Assembly: GCA_951406725.2 (NCBI GenBank)
Contig: OX597835.1
Coordinates: forward strand, 32,178,001 to 32,242,000
Direction: 5' to 3'
DNA length: 64,000 bases
DNA from: Octopus vulgaris
Taxonomy: Eukaryota
Below, in pieces: positions 14,808 to 28,879 of the stretch. Within the stretch, counting starts at the first letter, position 1; the number at the start of each line of letters is the position of its first letter. The position numbers and the translations under genes were made by a program. The notes beneath the pieces were generated by a model. It ran no database searches and was not told the origin of the DNA. It saw only the letters and a program-made list of their open reading frames with translations.

Positions 14808-15493
14808 TGTATTTTGTATATATCATTGCATATCGTCGCATATGGCATAACTACTTGATATTGGTTTCACATTTTGGCACAATGCCAGCAATTTTGTGGG
14901 AGAGGCCAAGTCGATTATATCGACTCCAGTGCTCAAATGGTATTTATTCTATTTATTCTGTCGACCACGAAAGAGATGAAAGGTAAAGTCGACCTTGGCA
15001 GAAATTGAACTCAGAGCGTTAAGGCGGACGAAATGCTACTAAGCATTTTGTCCGGCGTACTAACGATTCTGCCTTTTCGTCACCTTATGACTAACAAATA
15101 TTATGAGATACTGGAAAGCAAAAGACAACGAGAAGCAAAATTCTTTACCGGAACCTATGGACATTGGAAGAAATCTAAGTATGGAGAAATAAGACACAAG
15201 CAGTTTTATAATAATATCAATTGTACAGTGGTAATCCAAGAGGGAAGTTCCGAGAATATCTCCGGTGTAACATTAACCCACATTTCCATGTTATGTTGTT
15301 ATGCTACAGTTTTTATTGAGATACTAAATAAAATCATGCAATATGATATATAAGGGAAATTTTGTGCTTGCTTCAGATTTTGTTCCATTCTGGAAAGGAA
15401 CAAGATCTCTATATTCATCCACAGACACAAACACACACGCATGACTTTTTTATGTGTGTGAGAGAGAGAACACATATTTATAAAATTATATCC

Positions 15494-15566
<73 letters not shown>

Positions 15567-15571
<5 letters not shown>

Positions 15572-15700
15572 TAATCCAAACAAGAAAACACAAAAAAAAC
15601 ACAACAACGCGAGGATGTGGAACAAATAAAGTATTATTGGACGCTCAGGAAAGAAGGGAAGAAGGAGGGTTTAACGTTTCGAGCGGAGTCTTTCGTCGGA

Positions 15701-15705
<5 letters not shown>
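15567..15705 (-). mobile_element. TA-embedded Penelope-type terminal repeat with mutated hammerhead (15669-15703)
   Basis: Same family as 28880-29110 and 61464-61655. Motif gttt-CCGACGA...GAAAC-GTT-aaac. Confidence 0.7.
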
Positions 15706-15780
<75 letters not shown>

Positions 15781-15966
15781 TGTATGTAAGTATGGATATA
15801 TGTACATATACAAAATACACACACTGCATATATATTTGTATATGTCTACATGTATGTATGTATTTCTCCCCACCTCTCCTCCCGGTCTCTCTCTCTTTTT
15901 CTCTCTTTGTATGTATACAAAACTGATCATTCTGTCGCAGAATCCTGGAATATGTGTGTGTATGTT

Positions 15967-16040
<74 letters not shown>

Positions 16041-16155
16041 CGTGCGCGCGCGCGTACACAAGTGAGCACATAAGTGCAAAACAAGTGGGAGAAATAGTAC
16101 TCTACCAAAATTTGAGGAATTGTACTTTTTATAAAAGTGCAAAATTATATTTATG

Positions 16156-16189
<34 letters not shown>

Positions 16190-16214
16190 AGTATATATAT
16201 ATATATTTTTTTTT

Positions 16215-16414
16215 TTTCTTCTTTGTTTCAGTCATTTTACTGCGGCCATGCAGGAGCACCGCCTTTTAGCCGAGCAAATCGATCCCAGGACATATTCCTT
16301 GTAAGCCTAGTATTTATTCTATAGGTCCATTTCCCCGAATCGCTTAGTTACATGGACGTAAACACACCAACATTGGCGTCAAGCGACGCTGGGGCGACAG
16401 ACACAGACTTACAA

Positions 16415-16474
<60 letters not shown>

Positions 16475-16645
16475 GCACATATACATAGGACGGGTTTCTT
16501 TAAGTTTCCGTTTACCGAATCCGCTAACAAATCTTTGGTCGGCCCCAGGTGGTAGTAGAAGACATTTGCCGAAGGTTACGCGCATGGGACTGTTCCAGGA
16601 ACTATATGGTTGGGAAGCAAGCTTCTTATCATACATCCACTCCTA
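16215..16645 (-). mobile_element. SINE family B
   Basis: Full-length diverged copy with an internal (CA)n tract. Confidence 0.85.
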
Positions 16646-16849
16646 TATATATTGCATTTAGAATTCATGAAAAGTTACAGAGGAATTTGACATTACTAGA
16701 CCGAATACTCCCAGAAGAATATGGTTGTCGATGAATATTGAATGTCAACGCGCAGTTTCACAAGTCAATTTATCATGCTTTAATCTCGAATCTAAAGTAT
16801 CTTTTACTTGTTTTTATCACTAGACTTTGACCATGCTGGGGCAACGCCT

Positions 16850-17416
16850 TGAAGACGTTGGCACGCCGGGCGAAATGCTTAGCGGTATTTCGTCTACCGT
16901 TACGTTCTGAGTTCAAATTCCGTCGAGGTCGACTTTGCCTTTCATCCTTTCGGGGTCGATTAAATAAGTACCAGTTACGCACAGGATTTGATGTAATCGA
17001 CTTAATCCGTTTGTCTCTCCTTGTTTATTCTCTCTGTGTTTAGCCCCTTGTGGGTTGTAAAGCAATAGGTATTTTGTCTGCCGTTACGTTGTGAGTTCAA
17101 ATTCCGCCGAGGTCGACTTTGCCTTTCATCCTTTCGGGGTCGAAAAATTAAGTATGAGTTACGCACTGGGGTCGATGTAATCGACTTAATCCGTTTGTCT
17201 CTCCTTGTTTATTCTCTCTGTGTTTAACCACTTGTGAGTTGTAAAGCAATAGTTATTTTGCCTGCCGCTACGTTCTGAGTTCAAATTCCGCCGAGGTCGA
17301 CTTCGCCTTTCATCTTTTCTTGTTCGATAAATTAAGTACCACTTGTGTACTGGGGTCGATCTAATCAACTGGCCCCTTGCCCCAAAATTTCAGCTTTGTG
17401 CCTAGAATAGAAAAGT
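16850..17416 (+). mobile_element. SINE family A trimer (two type-1 tails, last unit with type-2 tail)
   Basis: Three cores. The junctions read aaagcaata-g(g/t)tattttg(t/c)ctgccg. Confidence 0.88.
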
Positions 17417-17445
17417 ATATTTGTTGACCATAAGTAACTTTACAG

Positions 17446-17477
<32 letters not shown>

Positions 17478-17860
17478 ATGAGTCCCTGAGTGTGTATGTG
17501 TGTGGGGGTATGTTAATGTGTGTACGCATGTTTGCGTATTTTTTCGTGCAAGTCCGGGTGACTGTACACGTTTGTGTATGTGTTTATGTGCTGGTGTGTG
17601 TACGCGTATACCTCACTGCGATTGTGTTCTTTGATTTTGAGCGTGTGCATATGTGTCTATGTGTGTGCATATATGTTAATATGCTTGTGTGTACTTTTGT
17701 GTGTGGGGGTTGCGTGACTGTGTAATAGTGTGTGTAAGAGTATGCGTATGTGTATCTCTGTGTGATATGTGTGTGCGTGTGCATGTGTAGGCGTGTGTGT
17801 GAATTTATGCATTGTGTACGTGGTGTGTGATCTTTATGTATGTGTGTTTATATGTGTGTG

Positions 17861-17938
<78 letters not shown>

Positions 17939-19953
17939 TGTTGCTAGAGTCGGTGAACGCGAGAAAGTAATGCATAGCATTACTTTTCTGTTAAAGAATA
18001 ATGAATCAAACCGAATTATCGGACCTTAAACATTGCTAGTCCATCATGGATTACCTCCCTTAAAAATTCTTCATAATTCTTTTATTAAATCTGTTCTTAC
18101 TGTTGGGTTGGCAACTAAATTACCGTCGTTTTTTTAAATTTTGGAATTTATTGCGTTTTTAAATTCTGAAATCTATTTTCTTTCGAGAATTCTATTTTTG
18201 AACCAGTTTGGAATCTATTTGGTATTTTTTCTAGTTAATTGCTGAAGGAATCGGGTATGTATGACTCAGAAATGAGAGAGAGTGAAATTTTGAATTTAGT
18301 TCATAGACCCCCAGTACTAACTTTGCGGACCCCAGGTTCGTCGTTAGGGTGTTGGATGCCTGATCGTACGATTGTGGTTTCGATTCCTCCACCGGTTGAC
18401 GCGTTGTGTTCTTGAGCAAAACACTTCATTTCACGTTCTCCAGTCCTCTCAGATGGCAAAAATGAGCAATCCTGCGACGGACCGGTGTCCTGTCCAGGTG
18501 GGTAATATATACGCCATGGAAACCGAGAAACTGCCCCTTCTAAGTCCACATGACTCGAGAAGATAAGGTAACCTTGACCTTTATTTGCTTCTTTCAGTCA
18601 TTAAACTATGGCCCATGGTGGAGCACTGCATTAGTGGAACATGTAGACCAGAGTGTGTATTTTATTAAACACTGGTACCTTTTCTATTGGTCAGTCTCGC
18701 CAACGAGCAAAGTTACAGGGCCATGAACAAGGAGGGAGACAAATACAAATCGTGACACACACACGAGTCTGTGTGTGTGTGGGGGGGGGGGATGGGCTTC
18801 TGCACAGTTTCTGTCTACCAATTCACTCAGAAGGCATAGGACCTATGCGGAAGATACTTACCCATTGTGCACTGGGATTGAACCCGAAACTACACGGTTG
18901 CAAATGGAGATTCTTAACCACAGAGCTATAACCGCGACCAGAATACAGACATGCCTTGCCTTCGCCTATTTAGTTAGACTTCAAGTCTAAAATATAGAAC
19001 AATTCCTTAGAGCCCTACAGCCCTTTTCCTTGATTCTGACAACCTCATTTGATTAAATTTATCCTTAATTTACGTAAAGGTGTGTGGTTTAGCGTTTAGG
19101 GTATATGAATCAGGAACGCAAGATCGCCAGTTCGATACCCGGCGGCGCTTTGTGCTCGTCTTCAGCATGACGCTTTATTTCACATTGCTCCAGTTCACTC
19201 AGCTGGCAAAAATGAGTTGTACCTGTATTGCAAAGGGCCAACCGTATCACATTTTCTATCACGGTGAATCTCCCTGAGAACTTCGTTAAGTTTACGCGTG
19301 GCTGTGGAGAGATCAGTCAATCGCACGTTAATTTCAAATGGTATCAACTGGAATCCTTGTCGTTGTAACCGACGGAGTCCCACTCGGGTATTCCTTAAAT
19401 AAAATTTCTTTCTTGAAACACAACTTTATCGTGAAATCGAACTTACTATGTGTAACGTGGTTGAACAATCCACAGACACCTGTACCCTCAACGTAGCTGC
19501 CAAGGAGACTATTAAGGCCGGTTACACGATTTCTATGATATGAATACGTGATCGAGATTACAACATTCCCCCTTGATAGGACGCTAGTTCATCGCATGGT
19601 TACTCATTTACAGCTGACTGGAGTGGAGCAAACTGGAATGAAATGTTTTGTTCAGGACCACATCGAACCGACCCGTCCAGGAATTGAAACCAAGATCTTA
19701 CGATCGTGAGAGCGACACACATTTATGGCCGTTTGATGAAACATTCTTTTATTTTCAGCACCATTGTACAATTATGTTAAGCTTTAACTCCGGACGTGAT
19801 TACTTTCTCATGTCTTAGACAGCAGAAGATCTCAACAATAAAGATATAAGAAGCTTGTGAATTTGTCCGTGGTGGTGGTGGTGGTGGTGGTAGGGTTGGT
19901 GGCAGTGATTGTGGCCGTCGTCGTCGTCGTCGTGGTAGTGGTCGTTGTTGTTG

Positions 19954-19985
<32 letters not shown>

Positions 19986-20439
19986 GGTGGTGGTGGTGGT
20001 GGTGGTGGTGATTAACCTGACAAGTTCTTGATCACAAGTAGCTTTATGATGACCACCGCAAATTCTTGCTGGGTCGAATCTTCTGACCCCTATCGTATGC
20101 TGAACCGGACAAAACAACTGATACCCTTTTAAGTTATAGCAGGGAGATAACTCTTTAAAGTTGATCAAAGGGAAATAATTAGAAAAATGTGTAAGGGGAG
20201 AGAACTCTCATTTCGGAACCCATATTTTCCGTAAAATTAGATTTGATCGATGTAATGTCGTAATATATATCAAAACTGGTGTATTACTGGTATATGTTGC
20301 ACTACAAGATCTTGTTATTTTGTTTGAGTTTCACAGAGCATTTTTGTCTTTTGTTTTCGACATATTACATCTTAATGTTGTTTACGTAGCCACTGGCAAC
20401 TGTGAGTGTTTAACAAAATCACTTTCAGCCGACGAAATC

Positions 20440-20523
<84 letters not shown>

Positions 20524-20687
20524 CACACACAAAGATAAATTGATAGATACAACTGAGTGGGCAAACAAAAATATGAGACACTGCTCGCTGCTTTTTTTAT
20601 TTCGATAAGCCTGGTACTTATTCTATCAGTTTTTTTGTGGTGATACCAGTACGCTATATACATCTATATATATATATATCTATATGT

Positions 20688-20784
<97 letters not shown>

Positions 20785-20812
20785 GATCTATGTATATATA
20801 GGTGTATATAGC

Positions 20813-20847
<35 letters not shown>

Positions 20848-21604
20848 CAAGGAAAAATTGTAAAAATGCAGAATGCTCGATTGAAAGAAAATTTTAATGA
20901 AATGAGAAAATGAAAAAATATATAAATATATATTTATTCAAACCGGCTTTCGCCACAGCTCGACCCACCAAGAATAGTTAGGTGAAAAGGTTTTCCAAAA
21001 ATGAGAAAGGGGGAAAAAAGCTGCATTGCTCCCCGCAAAAGAACAACAATAAATATGTATAAAAATCAAAAAATAAGCACTCCGACACATTGTGAGTTCG
21101 CCGTGCATCCTGAGTCCAATGACTGTTCACGAAAAAACCACCCCGAGGCACTAGGATCCAATGGGACCAAGGCCATGTGCTGCCTGGCCCAATCCAGGAT
21201 GCCGGCAAAACAGGAAGCAGCAGTAATTGTGGCCCCTCAGTTCCTGTGTTGTGAACAACGGGAGACAACTCTTTTGAGTTCCCCAACAAAGGCTGCCGAT
21301 AAATCCCAAACCATAAAATTGTCATTCCAGCCCCACTCGCACCATCTTTTTTATACAATTGTTTGTCAATTCAACTTTCAGATTTTAACACTTTATTTAT
21401 ATTATTTTCTAATTATATAGATTTGCACAGACAACCGCATCCCAGATTGTTATATCATAAATAATGAAGATGATGGTAATAACCACAATAGTAAAAATGA
21501 TATTTAAAGAATATAAGTTTTTGCTTGAAGTGATGAATCTATGGTATCCTTATATATTTGTGTGAGTCCATCCATGAAGAATGAGGTAGAAAAGGGAAGT
21601 TTGA

Positions 21605-21892
21605 TCAACGAGGAGTTTGTATATTAAGTTGTGTTTGGAATTTTTCAATAAAGAGATTCTCCTTGTTAATTCTCTCCTGTGTGGTGATGCCGTCTTTACA
21701 TTGGTAGAAGGGGAATATATAGAATTTGGGGTTTAAGTCTTTAGCGCATGAGTCTATGTGGTCACTCAGTGGAATTTGTCGGTATTCCGGGATATTTATT
21801 TGTTCTTTACGCACCGCTACTCGTTTACGTAACGGGAGACTCGTTTGTCCAACATAATTATGTTGGCAACCAGCGCATGTGAGAACGTAGAT
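21605..21892 (-). mobile_element. Penelope-like retroelement GIY-YIG endonuclease C-terminal fragment
   Basis: Open 96-codon frame IYVLTCAGCQHNYVGQTSLPLRKRVAVRKEQINIPEYRQIPLSDHIDSCAK...ERINKENLFIEKFQTQLN, with the IY..C..C...YVGQT, R, H, E and LN motifs. Confidence 0.88.
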
Positions 21893-21910
21893 AAAATATA
21901 TATATATTTT

Positions 21911-22042
21911 ATTTATTTTATAGAAGGAGCTTCTACAGGACTAGAACTGTTTCATTCAAAAGAAATCATCAGGAAGCTTCCTGATGATTTCTTTTGAATG
22001 AAACAGTTCTAGTCCTGTAGAAGCTCCTTCTATAAAATAAAT
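21911..22042. repeat. Perfect 132-bp spacerless palindrome carrying a type I hammerhead on each strand
   Basis: 66-bp arms centred on aagctt. Plus-strand motif agcttc-CTGATGA-tttcttttgaat-GAAAC-agttctagtcct-GTA-gaagct (21975-22025). Confidence 0.9.
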
Positions 22043-22107
22043 TAATTTACTCTGCTATGTATTGAGTACCTTATTTACTGTGGTTAACCCCGACTCAACC
22101 CGGGACC

Positions 22108-22213
<106 letters not shown>

Positions 22214-22354
22214 TGTACATAGCGTACTGGTTTCACCAGAAAAAAAAACTGATAGGATAAGTACCAGGCTTATCAAAATAAAAAAGCACTAGGTTGTGTC
22301 TCATATTCTTGTTTGCCCACTCAGTTGTATCTATCAATTTATCTTTGTATGTGA

Positions 22355-22401
<47 letters not shown>

Positions 22402-22609
22402 AGATAATGGTGTCATTGAAACCGAAAGGTGTCAGGTAATGCTGAATAAGTGCTATAGACAGACCATAGTTAAGTTCCAGACTCGGTAATATTGCGAATA
22501 AAGGGTTCAACGTTGGTACTATGTCAGCGTGTGTATATATGAATTGTTTGCGTAATGAGATAAAAAAAAACCAATGCTGTATTGTTATTAGAGCATTTAC
22601 AGATAGAAT

Positions 22610-22661
22610 GTCTTACAGCTGTTTCTAGGATATTAATTAACAATATCCCTTCATCGGAGAC
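22610..22661 (-). ncRNA. Hammerhead-ribozyme-like motif (CCGATGA core variant)
   Basis: gtct-CCGATGA-agggatatt...aatatccta-GAAAC-agct-GTA-agac. Stems I, II and III all pair. Confidence 0.62.
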
Positions 22662-23491
22662 GGTGTGAGAGGAAAAATTAAGTCATAGTTAGTTTCTCAT
22701 TACGCAAAATATTCATATGGTGAATGAGATTACCTTAGGTTTCGCGTCCATAAAGGTCCTGGCTTTATGGCGTATCGTCATATCCCCAAACCTGCTGGCG
22801 AAAGGCCTCTCTAGTGAGGGACTTTCTAGATTATGGAGGATGAAATGAGCTCGTTACTCAATGTCAACAAAGGGGATTGTCGCCACTTCGCTATCAATTG
22901 CCGATGTCAAGAAGTAGCGTCGCCAAAACAGGCTGAATGTCCATTTAGCCGCGCCAAATCATCAGCAGCCACACAGCAACGCCTTATCGTTTCATTCTGA
23001 GGTGCAATGTGTCTCGAAAATAGACGGGATGGTTACGCTTGGAGTGACTCTGATCTTAGGTCTTCCTGATCTGAGCTATCTTGCGACTAAACAACAACAG
23101 CAACAACAACTACAATACCGTATTTTAACTCAAAAACACCAACAATGGCCACCACCACTAGACAACAGCAAGAATATTAATCAAAAGCCAACCATTGAAC
23201 CATCACCAAACCTTCAACACCGTCTTCGTCACCAACACAAACTGTATATTTAATGAACCCACCACCAACACCAGCAGCCGTTCAAGAATTTGGACCTGGA
23301 TATCTCCATTTCCAGCGACTTCGAGGGCCACCTTCCAGCGGTGTCGGGCGTCAATGAAGAGCCCTCGACTACAAGACGACCAAAGTTTTTTTTTCCAAAG
23401 TCTGGGGTCTCTCGCCCCTAAGCCCTAGACCATTACCTAATCACCCTTACTCGTCTTGTTGCTAAACAATAACAACCAACACCAGCAACAA

Positions 23492-24031
23492 GTGGGGGCG
23501 CAATGGCCCAGTGGTTAGGGCAGCGGACTCGCAGTCGTAAGAACGCGGTTTCGATTCCCAGACCGGGCATTGTGAGTGTTTATTGAGCAAAAACACCTAA
23601 GCCCCACGAGGCTCCGACGGGGGTAGTGGTGAACCCCTGTATTCTTTCACAACAACTTTCTCTCACTCTTTCTTCCTACTTCTGCCACAAAGCAGAGGAA
23701 CCATGGTGTAACCCACTATGGTGTGATAAACTTTCAGACCCTAGTCTAGATTGCGAATCCTCTGTACCCCAGGATGGTTCAGCTCTCCACCCATTAAAAG
23801 CCACCGTTTACGGAATGAGGATAACAACGTAGCTTTCGCGCCCATGCAACCGCCAGTCTATCGCGTGTGGTGGGTGGATCAAGTTGCTGCACGCATTATT
23901 AGAAGCTTAGAGTAGGCACGAATTAGAGATTATTCTTTGTGACTAATGGCGTGAGTCCTGATTGGAAGAAGAAGAAGAAGAAGAAGAAGAAGAAGAAGAA
24001 GAAGAAGAAGAAGAAGAAGAAGAAGAAGAAG
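23492..24031 (+). mobile_element. SINE family C (tRNA-like head, ~470-bp body, (GAA)n tail)
   Basis: ggcgcaatggcccagtggttagggcagcggactcgc...ggtttcgattcc. A close second copy is at 36106-36629. Confidence 0.88.
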
Positions 24032-24636
24032 ATACTATCAATACCACCACTATCACCACTACTACTATCACCATCACCACTTTCACCGCCACCATTACCA
24101 TTATCTCTACAACTAGAACCGCCGTCGTCGCCGCTGCCGCCACCACCATTGTCAACAAAATTTGAGGCTTCACCCTTTATTACATCAGAAATATTCTGAT
24201 CTCGAACGCTTATTGCTGCTGCTGGTGCTGCTGCTGCTGTTATAGTTGTTGCTGCTGTTGTTGTATTGTTGTTGACGATGATGATGATGATGAGAGTTGA
24301 TAGTTGTGATGGCGGTATTGGTGGTGGTGGTGGTGGTGGTGGTAGCGACGGTTGTGGAGTGTACTTTAGCGCTGTTTTTACTTATATCGTTGTTATTACT
24401 GCTGCTGCTGCTATTGCTGCAGTTGCTGCCATTGGTAGTGGTGGGTAACGTAGGTAATGGTGGTGGTGATGGTAGTAGTGTCGTTATCGTTTATGGTAGT
24501 GCTTGTGGTGGTGGCGGTGGCGGCGGTGAAATAGTCCTGTTGCTGTTGTTGTTGTTGTCCTTGTCACAATATGGTAGTGTAACGGCGTTGTTATTATTTT
24601 ACTTATTGGTGATAACGTTATTGTTCTTGCTGTAAG

Positions 24637-24802
24637 AGGCGCAGGAGTGGCTGTGTGGTAAGTAGCTTGGTTACCAACCACATGGTTTCGGGTTCAATCC
24701 CACTGCGTGGCACCTTGAGCAAGTGTCTTCTACTATAGCCTCGGGCCGACCAAAGTCTTGAGAGTGGATTTGATAGACGGAAACTGAAAGAAGGCCGTCG
24801 TA

Positions 24803-24845
<43 letters not shown>

Positions 24846-25064
24846 GCGTATATGTTGTGTATCTGTGTTTGTCCCCCCCCCAACATCGCTTGACAACCGA
24901 TGTTGGTGTGTTTAGGTCCCCGTAACTTAGCGGTTCGGCTGAAGAGACCGATAGAATAAGTACTAAGCTTACAAAGAATAAGTTCTGGGGTCGATTTGAT
25001 TCGACTAAAGGCGGTGCTCCAGCATGGTCGCACTCAAATGACTGAAACAAGTAAAAGGGAGTAA
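24637..25064 (+). mobile_element. SINE family B, full length
   Basis: Head aggcgcaggagtggctgtgtggtaag through to tail gactgaaacaagtaaaag. Confidence 0.9.
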
Positions 25065-25299
25065 ACTTAATTTTCTAGGTAAATCGATCAATCATTTATT
25101 TTTTTAGTCTTTTATCATTTCCTTTCTTCAATCATTGAACTACGGCCATTTCTGGGCCCTACCCTAACGGGTTTCCTCGATCACATTTCCCTCAGTACTC
25201 ATCTTATTTCAGTTTTGTTTTGAAATCTCGTATTTATTCTAAAGGTTTCTTTACAGCAAATGATTTTTTCCATCACTCAAATAATTTTGCTAATCCCCT

Positions 25300-26195
25300 C
25301 AATAAATGGTTTCAGTTTTTGGCACAAATGAAGCAATTTTCAAAGGATGAGATAGACGATAACATCGAATCCAGTGCTCAAATCGTACCTCATTTTACCA
25401 ACCCCGAAGTTTGAACGGCAAAGTTGACCTCGGTGGAATTTGAACGCAGGACGTAATGAGTCAGAAGAAATACTGCAGTAGATTTTGTTCGACAGTCTAA
25501 CGATTAATCCAGATCGCCGTCTTCATCACTCATCACTCTTTCAATAATTATTTCTCTTAAGGCTGCGAGCTGGCAAAAACGTCAGCACGCCTGGCGAAAT
25601 TTTGTCTGTCTTTACGTCCTGAGTTCAAATTCCGTCGAAGTCGACTTTGCCTTTCGAAGTCGATAAATTAAGTACCAGTTGCGTACTTGGGTTGAACTAA
25701 TCAACTCGCCCCCTCCCCCTAAATTTCGGGCCTTGTGCCTAGAGTAGAAAAGAACAATTATTTCTATTATAAGCAGAACGCCTGAAGGAGGAGACTAAAC
25801 GATTACATTACTCAACTCGTATTTATTTTATTGACCTCGAAAGGAAGAATAGCAAAGTCTACCTCGATGGAACTTGAACTCAAAATGTACTGATAATGAA
25901 TCAGAAGAAATAGGGCAATAAATTTTGTTCAACACTTTCACAATTCAGCCTGTTCGCCGGCTTCATCACTCTTTTAATAATCTTTTCTGCTATAGGCACA
26001 AGGCCTGAAATTTTGCTGGAGGGGACAAGAGGATAACACCCACTCCAGTGCTCAATTGGTACTTATTTTATCGACCCAGAAAGGATGAATGGCAAAGTCA
26101 ACCTCAGAGGAATTTGAACTCAGAATGCAAAAACGGAAGAAGTGCCGCAAAGCATTTTTGTCCGGCGCTGTAACGAATCTAACAGCTCACCGCTT
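25300..26195. mobile_element. Cluster of four diverged SINE A copies (minus, plus, minus, minus)
   Basis: Cores at ~25420, 25630, 25860 and 26100. Confidence 0.75.
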
Positions 26196-27656
26196 TTATC
26201 ACTGCTTTAATAAAAGTTTGTAATTAATAAGCAAGTTCATTAATTTTCATAGGAGTGGTTGCTCGATTGAAACGACCTTACTAAATGACTATTACTTATT
26301 TTATCGATCACATCTGTAAGATAAAAGGCAAATTTATTTTCAACGAACACATCAGGGTCACTAAGATATTTAACAGTAATGTACTGGGGTCTATCTATTC
26401 ATATGTACTGTTCCCGTTTATGATTAACCTTCTGTGAGAAATCAATATTGCAAGATATGTCCACAGCACACTGGACAAGTGTCTTCTGTGAAGGATCAGG
26501 GTTGACAAATGCTATGCGAGTAGATTTGCTAGACAGAAATTTTGTAGAAGCCTGTCTACCAAATAAACCTTGTGACACATCGTCAGACCAACAAATACTT
26601 CTATGTACCAATATGTTTTTGTGAGCCTCTATAAATAACCCCATGACCTGAAGCTGACACATATAAATAGACACAGTTGGTTACAATAAATTCTGAACAA
26701 TAACACAACTCTATATTTAATCAAAAATGTTCTATAAAACTTCTCCATTTCAGTATGCTCCACAACCTTATTCCTGCCATCTCGTGACAACTGGTGTTGA
26801 ATTTTTTAGATTCCTATGACTTAATGGTTTGGCATAAGAGACAGATAGCGGATCAGACTTTTAAAAAAAGGAATAGTGATCGATTGCTCCGACTAAAATC
26901 TTCAAAGCGTTGCCCCAGCATGGCCCTGCTCTCGAAGGATTGAAACAAGTAATAATAAAACATAAGGAAAAAATTGATAAAAGATACATCTCCCCTCCTT
27001 TTAAAGAAGGTAATGGTGTTATGATTTGAGGGACATATGTTTGTTATTTCTAGCAGGTCGATTTGCCACGTACTGACACCGGTGTTGCTGCTGCTGCTAT
27101 TGTTTGTACGTTATTTATTATTCCGAGAACAAACTATATATCATTCCGTGGTGTTCTTATCAGTAACTTTCCAACAGTGATGAATTAGCTAACAATGCAA
27201 ATATATATCTGGATTATCTCAGGACATCGTTAGTGTTGTTGTGGACGGTATTGTAGTTCAGAGCACTTTGATGTTGTTGTTGTAATTGATTGAACTTCGA
27301 TGACAAAAAGTAGGGATTAGAAAGTATTTGGAAGTGCACTTGCCTTTCCTGTCTTTTTTTCCTTTTAGAAATCATCGGGATGTGAGTTGAGCGGAGGATT
27401 TGTCTGCCAATGTTTGCTTAAGATAAATAAGTAAACGTATCAGAACAGCCACATAAACACACATACAGAAAGAGGGAGAGAGTAAGCGTACCCAATATAC
27501 CTCGCTTCAGATAGAAATAAATGTAAGGAATACCTCTAATATAGGTGGGGCTAGTATATACATCTTAGAGTGTATGATAATAATACTTCCCAGAAATGTT
27601 TACCCATGTTTAAATGTCTTCCTGAAGTATATCGGTCCAGCTAACATTATCTACAT

Positions 27657-27955
27657 ATTTCTTTATTACCCACAAGGGGCTAAACATAGAGGGGACAAAC
27701 AAGCACAGACATAGGTATTAAGTCGATTACATCGATTCCAGTGCGTAACTTATCGACCGCGAAAGGATAAAATGCAAGTCGACCTCGGCGGAATTTGAAC
27801 TCAAAACGTAACGGCAGGCGAAATACCTATTTCTTTACCCACAAGGGGCTAAACACAGAGGGGACAAACAAGGACAGACAAACGGATTAAGTCGATTACA
27901 TCGATCCCAGTGCATAACTGGTACTTAATTTATCGCTTCTGCCAGCTCGACGCCT
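27657..27955 (-). mobile_element. SINE family A dimer, internally deleted
   Basis: Two tails joined by the gaaatacctatttcttta junction. The flanking acattatctacat is duplicated. Confidence 0.8.
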
Positions 27956-27999
27956 TATCTACATTATCTACATTTTACATAAAGATTTGCATCTAAGTC

Positions 28000-28164
28000 T
28001 TAGAGAGTAATGTTTCAGCTCGCTTCTAGTCAAATGTGTCAGATCTGAAGAAAGCTCTTCTGTTCTCATGGGTCAAATTGTATGAAGAGATGCTACGGTG
28101 CTCATGCCACTCACTGACTACTCGTTTGTAGGCTATTATCAAGGCGAAAGATGGTCATTTTGAA
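28000..28164 (+). pseudogene. Tc1/mariner-superfamily transposase C-terminal relic
   Basis: [53 protein letters not shown] matches the L..a....W..i......c.s...Rl.a.i.a.GghfE terminus. Two in-frame stops. Confidence 0.75.
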
Positions 28165-28339
28165 GCGCAATTACTTCAATTGATCGACAATTTTCATAAA
28201 AACATGTATGCCAAATATATATATATATATATGTATCTGTATGTATGTATGTATGTATGTATGTATGCATGTATGTATGTATGTATGTATGTATGTATGT
28301 ATGTATGTATGTATGTATGTATGTATGTATGTATGCATA

Positions 28340-28416
<77 letters not shown>

Positions 28417-28463
28417 GTATATATAGGGGCACTCAGTCAATTTATTCGGTGTTACATATATGA

Positions 28464-28617
28464 ATCAAATCAGTTTAATTCAAATTCGTTTGTACTCTTG
28501 AGTTTCAAGTGTGATACTAGTCATCAGCCATATTTAATTTGAATTTAAAATGGCTGACGACTAGCATCGCGCTTGAAATTAAAGAGTACCAACGAATTTG
28601 AATCAAACTGATTTGAT
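28464..28617. repeat. Imperfect fold-back (~72-bp arms) with a hammerhead-like motif in each arm
   Basis: Plus arm tgg-CTGACGA...GAAAttaaaga-GTA-cca. Minus arm tgg-CTGATGA...GAAAC-tcaaga-GTA. Confidence 0.75.
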
Positions 28618-28879
28618 CTATATATATATATATATATTCAGCGGTGGTGCCCCAGCATGGCCGCAGCCTTCGGGCTGAAACATTTTTAAGGATTTAAGGA
28701 TTTATATATATATATATATATATGTATACGGTGGGCGTCTCTCAGTTTCCGTCAACCAAATGCTTTGTTCGGCCCGCAGCTATAGTTGAAGACACTTGCC
28801 CAAACTGCCAGGCAGTGGGACTGAACCCATGCATTTCATATTGTTGGGAAGCAAACTTATTACCACAGAGCCGTGCCAG

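Noticed and set aside
14661-14858. Recurring ORF MRNWYLFNRPRKDERQSRPRRNLNSER (also at 4685, 16773 and 34116)
   Set aside because: It is the antisense reading of SINE A and recurs only because the SINE does.
23492-23570. tRNA-like sequence (also at 36106 and ~56140-56205)
   Set aside because: It is the head of a SINE, continuing into a shared body, with no proper acceptor stem.
27340-27436. Plus-strand polypyrimidine-AG followed by a weak GT donor
   Set aside because: No coding signal or partner exons, and such sites are common in AT-rich DNA.
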